DNA of 63,762 nucleotides, filler included, from Chrysochromulina tobinii (Eukaryota), in the NCBI GenBank assembly GCA_001275005.1. It is 10 parts of 10 records of this genome, joined end to end, with 100 filler letters (N's around TTAATTAATTAA, not from the genome) between each part and the next. Parts side by side here need not be neighbours in the genome. Positions count along the whole stretch, not along the records: positions 3,262 to 18,018 come from JWZX01000585.1; positions 18,119 to 26,271 come from JWZX01000586.1; 8 more parts are not named here. One strand, given 5' to 3'. Under the pieces are notes generated by a model. That model saw only the letters and a list, made by a program, of their open reading frames with translations, did no database searches and had not been told where the DNA came from. Below are positions 10,499 to 21,185 of the stretch, piece by piece. Position 1 is the first letter of the stretch. Every line of letters starts with the position of its first letter. Position numbers and translations under genes: made by a program.

Positions 10499-11627
10499 AT
10501 GCTGTATGCCTTCTTGGCAAGCGCGGCGCTTGCCTTCGTCAGCCCGAGTGGCCTGCTCGCACCGAGGCCGCGCCTCGCACGGCCGCCCACCATCACCGCA
10601 CTCGCTGACGCGGATCTTGACGCGCAGCTCGACGCGCTCACGCAGAAGCTCGAGATCCTGCAGCTCAAGGCGCAGCTCGCCGAGCTGCAGCGTTCCGCTG
10701 CCGCAGCGACGTCCGCAGAGGCAACAACCATTGTACAGGCGGCGGCTCCAGTGCCGCCAGCCGAGCCCATCGCTGCCGCTGTGCAGGCCGTTGTGACGGC
10801 GCCTGCTGCCATCGACTCGGCGGCTCAGGTCGCCACCGCCGAGCCCGTGGTGGCTCAGGTCGTCGCCGCACCGGAGGCGATCCAGGCCGTGGTCGCGGCG
10901 GCCGCGGCCGCGGCACAGCCGAGCTCTCTGCCCCTTTGGCCTGCCCTTTGGCCTGCCCACCGACGGCGGCGTGCCCACACTCGCCCTGGCCGCGGTGCTC
11001 GTGCCGACGGTCGCGTTCGGTGGAAAGCTCTTTATCGACTTCGTGGAGCAGCGGTATGCGGAGCTGAAGGCCTCCGAGGCGCCCGGGGATGCCGACGCGC
11101 GCGCGCGCTCGTTTGCGCCGCCCTCCGCCGGCAACCTCGCCGCCAACCGCCGCTGGTCCGAGCGCGAGGCCGCTGCGGAGGCGGAGCGCGCCTCGAGCTG
11201 GGTTTCGTCACCCGGCGGGCGGAGCTCGACGGAGATCGTGGCCAAGGGACTGACGAACCTGGCGGAGGACCCGATCGGCTGGTTCTTCGGGGAGCCATCG
11301 CCGCTGTACTCCAATGTCGCTGTGGCGCGGCCGCTGATGGCGACGCCTCCGCCCGCACGTCCGATGCCACCGGCGGCGGCGGCCTCATCCATGGAAGCAC
11401 CCCCCTTCGAAGGGCGCGTGGTGCCCACCCCAGCGCGCTCCGAACGCCGGCAGCGGCGCGAAGGTGCTGGCGAGGGCTTCGTCAGCCGTACCGGTACCGG
11501 TGCTGGTGCTGGTGCCAGTGCCAGTGCCGGTGCTAGTGCATCACGACCGGCCCGTGTGCCACCGAGCACACCGGAGGAGGTCGAGGCGGCGCGGCGTGGC
11601 GAGTGGGACTATGGGCAGTTCAAGTGA
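10499..11627 (+). CDS. Probable plastid- or secretory-targeted Ala-rich membrane protein with one apparent frameshift near 10930
   Basis: Signal peptide-like MLYAFLASAALAF. Reading frame 10499.. joins frame 10971..11627 (TM LALAAVLVPTVAFGGKLF) if one C of CCCC at 10931-10934 is removed. Confidence 0.55.
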
Positions 11628-12045
11628 GCGCGCCGTGCGAGGCTGTTGCAAGGGGGCTGGTGGAGGGTGGAGCGACTGCCTCTTGGGTCCCACTCGTACC
11701 TCCCTAGCTCCCGCCATGGCTCCCCACACGATGTTGCTAGGTTGGGAGTGGACACGCGCCGTGTTGAGCGCCGAGTGCCGTTGGAGCGTTGGGACCAACG
11801 GCCATTGGCGCGAATCTTGAGGAGGATGGACGTAGGTTGGACGAGTGATGGACGACGGGTGTGGTACTGAAGTGTGCCTGCGGGGAAAGATGGGCTCCTC
11901 AATTCACGATTGGTTCACACTTCACAGCAAGTCTCCCGCGCCGCGCCGCGAGTCGCTCCTTCGACGCCTTGACACACATTGCCGCTCTTCCACTTCCGTT
12001 TCTCGTCGCCGGCCGACGCTGCCCTCGAGTGCGCGTGGCCACCTC

Positions 12046-13744
12046 ATGGCTGCTGCAGCCGCTTGTGCGCCGCTGCCGGCAGGCGTGGCAGATTTGCATC
12101 AGACCGTGCTCGTGGGGCCTCACATTGTGCAAGTCGAGCATCTGTGGGACATGACGATCACTGACGAGGAGCGCCGAGCGCCAGACAGGCTGCCCGCGCA
12201 AAAGCGCATGCTCAAGGTGCATCTGACCGACGGCCATCAAAGGGTCTGTGGCATCGAGTACGCCCGCATTCCACAGCTCGCCGAAAACATGGCGCTCGGC
12301 ACCACGCTTGTGCTTCACAACGTCACCGTGCGCTACGGGCTCCTCTTTCTGACGCCGTCGTGTGTTCACGTGGCCGGCGGCGCGCCGGGCGCCGCGGTGG
12401 CCACTTTGGGACACCCTGCAGGTGCTCAGCCTCAGCCGCCTCAGCGCGCGCAACCATCTCGGCAGCAGCAGCAGCTGCCGCAGCCGCAGCCGCAGCCGCA
12501 GCCGCAGCCGCAGCCACAGCCGCAGCCACAGCCGCAATGGCCGCTACGGACGCTCCAGCCGCTCCAGCCGCTCCAGCCGCCGCAGGCGGCGGCGGCGCAG
12601 CCACACACAGCCCCGCCGTACCATACGGCTTTGCAATGGCCCTCTGCCGCCGCAGCCGCCGCCCCACCTGCTTTCGCACACTCTGTCGCTCATACAGCCA
12701 CAGCCGCCGCCGCCGCCGCGCCGTCCATCTCCTCCATCTCCGCCGCCGCCACCGCAGAGGAGTGGGAGGACGAGGAGGAGGTGCCGTTAGCAGCTCGTCG
12801 ACGCAAGCTGGCCAAGACGAGCTCTCCCTCTCCACAGGCTACCATATTTGGGAAGCCGAGCGCGCCCTCTTCACAGCTGCCCGTTGCAGCTTCACAGCTG
12901 CCCGTTGCAGCTTCACAGCTGCCCGTTGCAGCTTCACAGCTTCCCGTTGCAGCTTCACAGCTGGCCGTTGCAGCTTCACAGCTGCAGCCGGGTCCTGCGC
13001 CGCCGCCGTCGTCGGGGCAGTACCACGATACACCGCGACCGTATCCGCCTGGCGACCCAACGGCTCCGTTTCGTCACCTGCCGGGCGACCCAACGGCTCC
13101 GTTTCGTCACCTGCCGGGCGACCCAACGGCTCCGTTTCGTCACCCACCGATGGCGCTCCATGAGGCCTGCACCCGCCATGCCGCCGGCGGGCTGTTTGAG
13201 CACGGGCGAGCGCGCGTGCTCGTGCGTGCGCTGAGCCACCTGCCCTCGCCCAGCATGCATGAGCTCACTTCGACGCTCTCACTTCCCCACAGGTGCGTGC
13301 GCTGAGCCTGCGGGCGGCCAAGCTCACCGTGCAGGACGAGGGATACGAGTGCGAGCTCGAGCTCCGAGATTCACCCCGAGATAGCGGAGATGCAACCTCC
13401 GAGTTTCGTTGCATGCTCACCCTCGATCCTCAGCTCGTCGAGGGCCTCTTCGGTGCGCGCCCACGACGGCGCCCACGTTCCACAGCCGTCTCCAGAGTAA
13501 TGGCCTCGGATGAGCTCCTTGATTGCCTCCCTCATTGCATGCAGGTGCGCCGGCGCCCACGTTCCACAGCCGTTTCCAGAGCGAGGAGAAGGCGACACGC
13601 AGGGCGGCCAAGGCCGTGGCGAAAAGTGTCAACGATCGGTTGCAAGAGCTCGAGGGCCTCTTCATGCTGGGGCCTGGGCCGCAGGGGGTACTGATGGTGA
13701 TCGAGATCCCCCAACGACCGCCAGCAGCGGTAGGCGAATGTTGA
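12046..13744 (+). CDS. RMI1: RecQ-mediated genome instability protein 1 (exons 12046-13221, 13293-13452, 13545-13744)
   Basis: N-terminal OB fold RMLKVHLTDGHQRVCGIEYARIPQL...GTTLVL.NVTVRYGLLFLTP. Two GT-AG introns restore a C-terminal OB-like region (ECELELRD...LDPQLVEGLFG...LQELEGLF). Confidence 0.75.
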
Positions 13745-14185
13745 TACATAGACACGGACCATTGGCAGATTGGCTGTGTGGGTCAGCGAGGCCACACATT
13801 GACGAATCTTGATACGTAATCACGGACCATTGGCTGTGTGGGTCAGCGAGGCCACACATTGACACACGACGCTAGACGCCCACACGTTCTTGATGTTGAG
13901 ATCGTGAGGAGCCGAGTGTGATTGGATCTCCCTCGAGATCCAATCACACTCCAATCTGCAGCGAGTGTGATTGGATCCGGATTCGGTACGCGTCAACCCG
14001 CCCGTGCGTCGGCCGTCGGAGAGTGTCGTAAGGCTAAAAGGAGCGCGTCGACCCGCGTCCGCGGGGGTCGGACCGGACCACAGCTGTACACAGTCCGGAG
14101 TACGCTCGTAATCAGTACCGACTCGACATTGATTCTATCACTATTAACGCCCCCTGAGGGGCAGTAAGTGCTACCCCTCCGGGCG

Positions 14186-17067
14186 CTACGTGAGTGGGCC
14201 AAAGAGGGACAAAGGCTGGTGTCGCTCCATCGAGCGGTTGTACATGAGCTCGAGGCCCTCCTCGGTGCTTGGCACGAAGAACGTGCTGCTATCGCCCAAT
14301 ACGACGCCCAATCGGTGGCTTCTCAGGGCCTCAGCCGCAGATCCCTTGCCCCGAAGGAGCTGATGCTCATTAACGAAACCGTGGACATAGGACAAGGCGG
14401 TGCGCAGGTGCCCTAGTAGCCGAGCCTGCCGCTCCGAGCATGGGCGGCCAGCTGAGCATCCCAAATTAGGTAGTTCCGAGCATGGGCATCGCTTAGAAGA
14501 GGCCTCCCCGACGCTCGGGACGGCGCCCCTCCATGCCTCCCCGACGCTCGGGACGGCGCCCCTACCCCCGACGCTCGGGACGGCGCCCCTCCATGCACAT
14601 CGGCGCGCCGTCCCGAGCGTCGGGTGAGACTCGACCGCACCTGATGAGGGCGGCAATCAGCGGAACTTAGCGGCACTCAGCGACAATCAGCAGCACTCAG
14701 CAGCACTCAGCGGCATTCCGCGGCACTCAGCAGCACTCAGCGGCTCTCAGCAGCACTCAGCAGCACTCAGCAGCACTCAGCGGCTCTCAGCAGCACTCAG
14801 CAGCACTCACCCGTGCACAGTTGTCTCAGTAACTGCTTCCACTCCATGAAAGGAGTCATCAGTGAGCGGCCGCTGCTCAGGTCGACGTTACACTCGCGCA
14901 ACGCTGGCCGAGGGATACGGCATCGGTAGCCGCGGTCGTCCCGCTCTCGGTCATCCGCTGTGGGGAAATCCCGCGCTTCGCCATCCGCTGTGGGGAAATC
15001 CCGCGCTCGGTCATCCGCTGTGGGGAAATCCCGCCCTTCGGCATCGGCGTGGACAGCAAGGGACGAGATCGCGCGGAGATGTGGCGAGATCGCGCGGAGA
15101 TGGAGCATGCCAGCCTGCGCGAGTCGAGTGCACTTTTGGGCGAGGGCAATCAAGGCCAATTAAGAGCCATCAGGGGAGATCGCACCTGCCCCAGTCGAGT
15201 GCACTTTTGGGCCCAGGTTGAGCTAAACGTGGCATGCAGTGCCAAGGTGCTGCGGCCGACACAGGGAGAGGGAAAGAGGGAAAGGATGTGTGAAGGATGC
15301 ATGCAGTGCCAGGGTGCTGCGGCCGACACAGGGAGGGTATAGATACGGTGTCTTCACAGGGAGAGGGTATAGGTACGGCGTTTTCGGATCGCTTCTCTAC
15401 TCACGACTGAGGCCATCAGAGGCCATCAGAGGCAAGCAGTGCCACGCAGAGGCGATCAATGAGTGGCAATCATCCATTCATTACTGTAATCAGTGGCAAT
15501 CATCCATTTCATTACTGAGGGCGTGCCCAATGGCTTGATGCGAGCCAAACTTCGTCAATCAGTGGCAATTATCCATTTCATTACTGAGGGCGTGCCCAAT
15601 GGCTTGATGCGAGCCAAACTTCGTCAAAGCGCCCCGAGACGAAACGATCGACGCTGAGCATGACCAACGGCGCCGTATTGGGCACACCCTGTTCATAGCG
15701 ACCCGCCTTCATATGGGTCGCATCCCTACTATGGGTCGCATCCCTACTATGGGTCGCATCCCTACGATGGGTCGCATCCGTTGAGGGCACGTCCTGTTCA
15801 TAGAGGCGCACGTCCTGTTCATAGAGGCAGCCCGTGGCGCTCCGGTCCCGAAGTAGAGCGTTCTGCAGCTGGGGCTGGTCGTTGCCGTCTTGCAAGATGA
15901 GGGGGCATGAGCCCACCCATCGCTCAAGCATGGAGACGGACCTGAGGAGGGGGGGCGCAACCAGAAGGCATCAGAGGGCATCAGAGGGCATCAGAGCTCA
16001 TCAGAGCTCATCAGAGGTCATCATCCAGAAACTATCGCTCGAGCATCGCGACGCACCGCGGAGTCATCAACGGGGATCAAAGGAGATCAAGGGGGATCAA
16101 GGGGAGGACAAGGGAGATCAAGGGGAGAACAAGGGAGATCGCGACGCACCACGGAGTCGGGCGCACGTAGACGAAGCCGCTGTTGACCTGCTTCAGCGTG
16201 CAGCCTCGATGTCCGAGCGCCGCACACCTGGCCATCAAGCGAGATCAAAGGGAGATCAAGGGAGATCGGCGGAGATTCAACGGAGCGCCGCACACCGGGC
16301 GAGCCCCTCGTTTACTTCCCGCCCACACCAGCCCGCTCTTGGTAGGCATTTGCCTAATTTGGAACCTCGCTCCCAAAATAAGCGGCCGCATGGGTATCGC
16401 TTCGCGTCGAGGAGGGGATTGTCGACGGGGACGAAGAGCTCACCTGATGAGGAGGGGCAATCAGCATGCACGATCAACGGCACTCGTAACGGCTTCTGGT
16501 GACGAAGAGCTCACCACCCGTGCGGCGCGCGAGGCGCTCGAGGTAGCCGATCACGTCGCCCGACCATGCCACATCTACGTCTTGGCCGATCGCCGAGAAG
16601 CCCATCGCGGCGGCCGCATACAGGACCCACGCCTTGAAGACGGCGAAATGGGCAAAGTCGGGCGTGCCCGCGGCGGCCATGGAGTTCCCCACAGGTTTGA
16701 GCACGCCTCTGCCGTTGAGCTGCTGCACTCGTGGCCAGTCCCTCGCCAGTCGTGTGGCAACACACGTGTCCAAGGCCACGACGAGCACGTGCTGCAGCGA
16801 GTGAGCGAGCCCGGGACGCTGCTCAAGCCCACATAGGAAGTTTTGCAGCAGCGGGTACTGGGCACACGAAGTGCTCATGATGACGGCCGGCTGGGCCGTG
16901 ATAAGCAGTGCGCTGTGCAGCTCTGTCCACAACGGCTTGACTCGAGTCGCCAGCGTGTGGCACTCGCCGCTCGTGTTGAGGTTTTTGAACCTGCGCTCTA
17001 CCATGACGCTCGGCAGCGCATTGGCCAGGCCAGCTATGTCCACGCCACCTTTAAGGCGGTCCATCAC
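14186..17067 (-). CDS. Multi-exon nucleotide-diphospho-sugar transferase (GT77-like); exon boundaries and start uncertain (may extend to about 17233)
   Basis: VLVVALD, FAVFKAWVLY...GFSAIGQDVDVAWSGD (DxD motif), downstream fragments DQPQLQNAL and ALHATF, separated by repeat-rich introns. Confidence 0.55.
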
Positions 17068-17263
17068 GAAGAAACTCCAGACGCGAACGCAGCTCGCCGA
17101 ACAAATCGGCGGCGACTGAAGGTTCGCTGAAGCTTAGCACCGCAGCGAGCGAGGTGCCGCCGAAGAGCACCGCACGTCGGCTAAAGACGGCCACGACGCT
17201 GCACTCGCCAACATCATGCGACGAATTCCGCACAAAATTTTCACATGAAAACCCCTTTAGGTT

Positions 17264-17914
17264 TCAAATCTCGTGCTGTGGCTGATGAAACCCTCTACAG
17301 AAGTCTTCGGCCTCGGCGTCCGTCTCCTCGGCCGCCGCCGCCGCCCTCGCCTCCGCCTCCGGGTTGCGCTCGGCCAGCCGGTCGCACCCAAAGTTGGCGT
17401 AGAAGCTCCATCGGCCGTCGAGGCCGAACCCAGGCAGGTCGGGCTTGAATGGCTTGGGCGAGAGGCCCAGCAGGTCGTACATGGTCGCGTCAAAGTTCTC
17501 CATGGTCGAGAAGAGGATCTTTGCACCTGGGCCCGCGAGCAAGCGGATAGAGGTCGCGTAGCATTCGAGCGTCTTGGTGTTGATGGCGGGCGGATCGGCA
17601 ATGAGCAAATCGAAGGTCTGATGGAGCGATGGCGGCAGCTGGGTCGGTTGATAGCAGTCGAAGAATACAAAGCCGTCGTCGTCGGCCCAGCGCCGATCGA
17701 ACTCAAAGTTGAGGACGCCGTGCGCGTTGCGCATCTCTTCGCTCAGATGGTAGAAGACCGACGGGCACGAGAGGCAGGCAACGCGCTTCGGAGAGAGCGA
17801 GGCGATTATTTCTCTTATGGCCTCGAGCGTGAACGTGGAGTACCACACTTGCAGCAGTCCTGGTGTGATGACGTCCAGGTTGCCCGGGCGCATCTGCCTC
17901 GTCGCGCCGTCCAT
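17264..17914 (-). CDS. EEF1AKMT1: EEF1A lysine methyltransferase 1 (N6AMT2/Efm5 family)
   Basis: QVWYS, RVACLSCPSVF, FEFDRRW, FVFFDC..P, FDLLIADPP, FYANF are family motifs. Confidence 0.85.
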   Translation of the reverse strand: MDGATRQMRPGNLDVITPGLLQVWYSTFTLEAIREIIASLSPKRVACLSCPSVFYHLSEEMRNAHGVLNFEFDRRWADDDGFVFFDCYQPTQLPPSLHQTFDLLIADPPAINTKTLECYATSIRLLAGPGAKILFSTMENFDATMYDLLGLSPKPFKPDLPGFGLDGRWSFYANFGCDRLAERNPEAEARAAAAAEETDAEAEDFCRGFHQPQHEI

Positions 17915-19613
17915 GTTCGACGTTCTCGTCAGTCACGCCGCGCTCCGCGCGCCGTACCAGGCGTTCACACAACACACACTCGGGTAGCTCACTGAGCTCT
18001 TCCTCACTAAGAGGGGGTNNNNNNNNNNNNNNNNNNNNNNNNNNNNNNNNNNNNNNNNNNNNTTAATTAATTAANNNNNNNNNNNNNNNNNNNNNNNNNN
18101 NNNNNNNNNNNNNNNNNNGGAGCCCAGTCGCAGACAGGATGCCAGAGAAAAAACTTTGCCCCGAATAGAACTAGGAAGAACGAGCGCTCATCATGCAGAG
18201 CCTCGGAAAAAAGATCGCTCATCTCACAGAGCCTCGTGTCTCGACTCAAAACCACGCCTCAACGGGGGGAAACAAGGAGCCGAGACGGTTGTGCAGGTCG
18301 TTCACGTCTAGGACGGTGATTGATACGTCGGATGTAGCCTCATCCGGATCGTCGCCCCCTGATCTATCGAGCCGTGGTGCCTGCCATGCGCATCACGTGG
18401 CGCGCCGCGCGCAGTATGGGGTCCATGCTAGCGATGGCAGCGCGGCGGGCGCGCGCCGCATCGCAAACGCGCGCGACCGTTGCGGCGGCGTCTGGGCGCG
18501 AGGCAAGGAGGCGCATCGCGTGGACGTGCTCGCGCAGTGCCCGTGGCGGCGGCGGCAGAGGAGGATGAGGAGGCGGAGGCGGAGGCTGGAGATGAGAGCG
18601 GCGGGCACGGAGTGCCAGCGGCGAAGGGCGAGGAGAAGAGCCGAGCACCGGCGGCGGGAGAAGGCTTGGACGGCACGCGTCGTGCTCGCTTGAGCAGCGG
18701 TGATGCCTCGACGTACGTCAAGGGGGTGGGAGGAAGACCCTTCTTGAGTGATGCGGTTATGTGAAACCTCAGGCGCTTGAGCCGACCAAGCCGATCACGC
18801 TGCTGATGACGGTGCCCGTCGTCAACCTCCTGGAGCGCCCGGTGGAAGATAGTTCACCCCAGCCGCAGCGCAAAAGTCGGCGATCGCCAGCTCGTCCATG
18901 CAACTCATGGCGATGTTCTTACCGTGGTGCATGCCGAGATGAGCAGACGCGCTCATAGTCATCGCTCGCAGCCGCTTCGGGCTACATGCAGGCGCTGTGC
19001 AGCAGAGCAACGAACACGCTGCTACGTCAGCACAAGTCTCAGCTGCAGAATCGCAGAACGCGCCGGGACTAGCAGACGCAGAAGGCAGAGGAGAACCCAA
19101 GAGTGAGGCTCGCGAGCAAAGAGCTACCTTCTAACGCCGATGCCACCACGCAGAGTGCATCGAAGGCGGACGCCATTTGCCCGGGAATTGGGGTCGTTTT
19201 CCGCAAGCGGCTCGCCCCTCCCTCTCCCAGCCGAGCCCCTTGAGCTGTCTTGCGTGGTTTCGCATCAAGTTTAACAAGTTTGCGCATGCAAACTGTGGGA
19301 AAGGGGGAGGGGGGGGGAAGGGGATCGTCGGAAGTACCGGGTTCTGAAGCTCAAACAGGAGTGGGCGACCTCTGTGTTGGGGGGTGGGGAGCTGCAGAGG
19401 CGCACCTTCAAAGCTGTGGCTCTCTCTGGCGTCTTGGCGCCGCCGGAGGGCACTCTTACGCACTCGGGAGGTCCATCTGGCCGCCGTGCCCGTGGGCGTG
19501 GCCGAGCGCGAGCTCCAGGCAGCGGCACGTGCCGTCTCCCCAGATGGGTGCACGCTCATGGGGGTACATGGGGGCGGGGTGGCAATGTACGGAAGTAACA
19601 TCGTCACGCAAGC

Positions 19614-20827
19614 TCAAAACAGTCTCCCCAATTTCTCAAGGAGGCTGATGGCTGTCGCCACACTCGCCTGTTCCGCTCTCACCTCAGCGGCCAAACGCCG
19701 CTCCGCCGCCTCCCCTGCCGCAGCCTCTGCCGCCTCCGCCGCCTCCTCCCTGACCCTGGCCTTGATGACCGCCTCCTCTACGGCCTTCGCGAGAGAGAGA
19801 ACTTTGTAACTTACCAAGCTACCTACGCATTAAGAGGACCCCCTAAATTCCTTCGCGAGAACGACGGGGGCGCCGCCGCCGAGGTTGGAGTCGCCGACGT
19901 GATGGGCAGATGCGCCGCCGCGTCAGAGACGGCAGGGACAGCAACGAGCTCAGCGATGGCGCCGGAGTTGGGGGCGCTGGACGAGGAGGCCTCGGAGGCT
20001 GATGTGAGGCCAGGGTTGGGCGTGGCAGCTGGCGCGATTGCGCTGCCGCTCGCCGCCGCCGCCGCCGCCGCCGTTACCGCCGCCGCATCGCCACCACCAA
20101 GCGCCGCCGGCGTCTGGGCACCGCTTCGCTCGCTACTGACGCCCTTGCCGTTCGCGCTGCTTCACGCCGGCGCCGTGTCTTTGCCGCCTGGAAGAGCCCG
20201 GGATGCCGAGGCGGATGCAGCTGCGGTGCCGCATGCCGCAGGCGTGCTGCTCCCAGCGCCGCCGTCACTGCCCTTGCCGCTGCCGCCACAGCTGCTGCTG
20301 CCGGCGGCTCCCCGCCCAACGGATGCTTCCGTGCGCTGCTTCGCTGCCGACGGCGGTACGCCCGCGTCGGCCGCCGCCGCTGCATCGTGCCGCGCGCGCT
20401 TGCTGGCGGCCGCCGCAGACAGGGATGCCGCCGTCGAGATGGCCGTCTGCGGCCGCTTCGAGCATCCAGGAGCGCTCGTCTGCTCCTGCTCCTGCTCCTT
20501 GGCAGCCTTGGCGGCTGCGCTGAACCGCTTGAAGTTGGTGGGCGTGGTGCCGAAGACGCCTCTCAGGTCGTGGATTCGACGGAGCAGCTCGTCAGGCCGG
20601 CGCTTGGGGCACCGCTTCGACCTCATATACTCGATGATGCTCTCGACGTACTCCTCGCACGCCTCCCTGGGCTTCGAGGCGGCGAGCGTTGTGCCCAGGC
20701 CGGGCAGGGCTAAGGAGTGGCCGAAGGCGATGTCGTCGTTACGGTTGATGAGCATCCCCTCAGCGAGGTAAAAGTCCTCCGTCGGCGTCCACGGCGGCGA
20801 AAAGCCTGAGCCATCGGGCAGGCTCAT
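19614..20827 (-). CDS. Hypothetical protein with N-terminal Myb/SANT-like start and low-complexity tail; in-frame TGA at 20162-20164 (possible pseudogene)
   Basis: PPWTPTEDFYLAEG...KRRPDELLRRIHDL. The frame continues Ala/Ser-rich past the TGA. A coiled-coil fragment lies at 19614-19817. Confidence 0.3.
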
Positions 20828-21024
20828 GCCCGGAGCAGCAGTGGAACAAGCGCCGCCGCGAAGGAGGTTGCTGGCGCGAGAGAAATTTGTGTGGCGGTTT
20901 CATTCTGGCGCAATTACATCCCTCATCAAGGGGCGCCTCCCAGACGCAGCGCGGCGCAGCATACGTCTACAAATCCCCACGATTAAAGAGATACCCAACA
21001 TTGAACAAACACCAAACGGATTTG

Positions 21025-21175
21025 CCGCGTTCGTGCCTTTTGAGGTCGCTCGAGCGCAGCGCAGCGCGCGCGAGCGCCGAGCGCGAGCGCAGCGCGAGAA
21101 GCACTTGTCGCAGCCCGCGTAGTCGCACTCGTACGGCTTTTCGCCCGTGTGCGTGCGCTTGTGCCGATTGCGGAA
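21025..21175 (-). pseudogene. Disrupted C2H2 zinc-finger remnant
   Basis: HKRTHTGEKPYECDYAGCDKCFSR, then a roughly 38-nt GCGCT-repeat insertion, then SSDLKRHER in another frame. Confidence 0.7.
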
Positions 21176-21185
21176 TTGTTCGCAA

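Noticed and set aside
10925..10960. Programmed frameshift in the targeted membrane protein
   Set aside because: One extra C in a homopolymer next to a 12-bp duplication is more simply an assembly error or a recent lesion.
17264..17914. DPP motif suggesting a DNA adenine methyltransferase
   Set aside because: The surrounding motifs match the EEF1AKMT1/Efm5 protein-lysine methyltransferase family.
18119..19600. Gene in the first part of contig 3
   Set aside because: Only short, broken, low-complexity frames with no recognisable domain.
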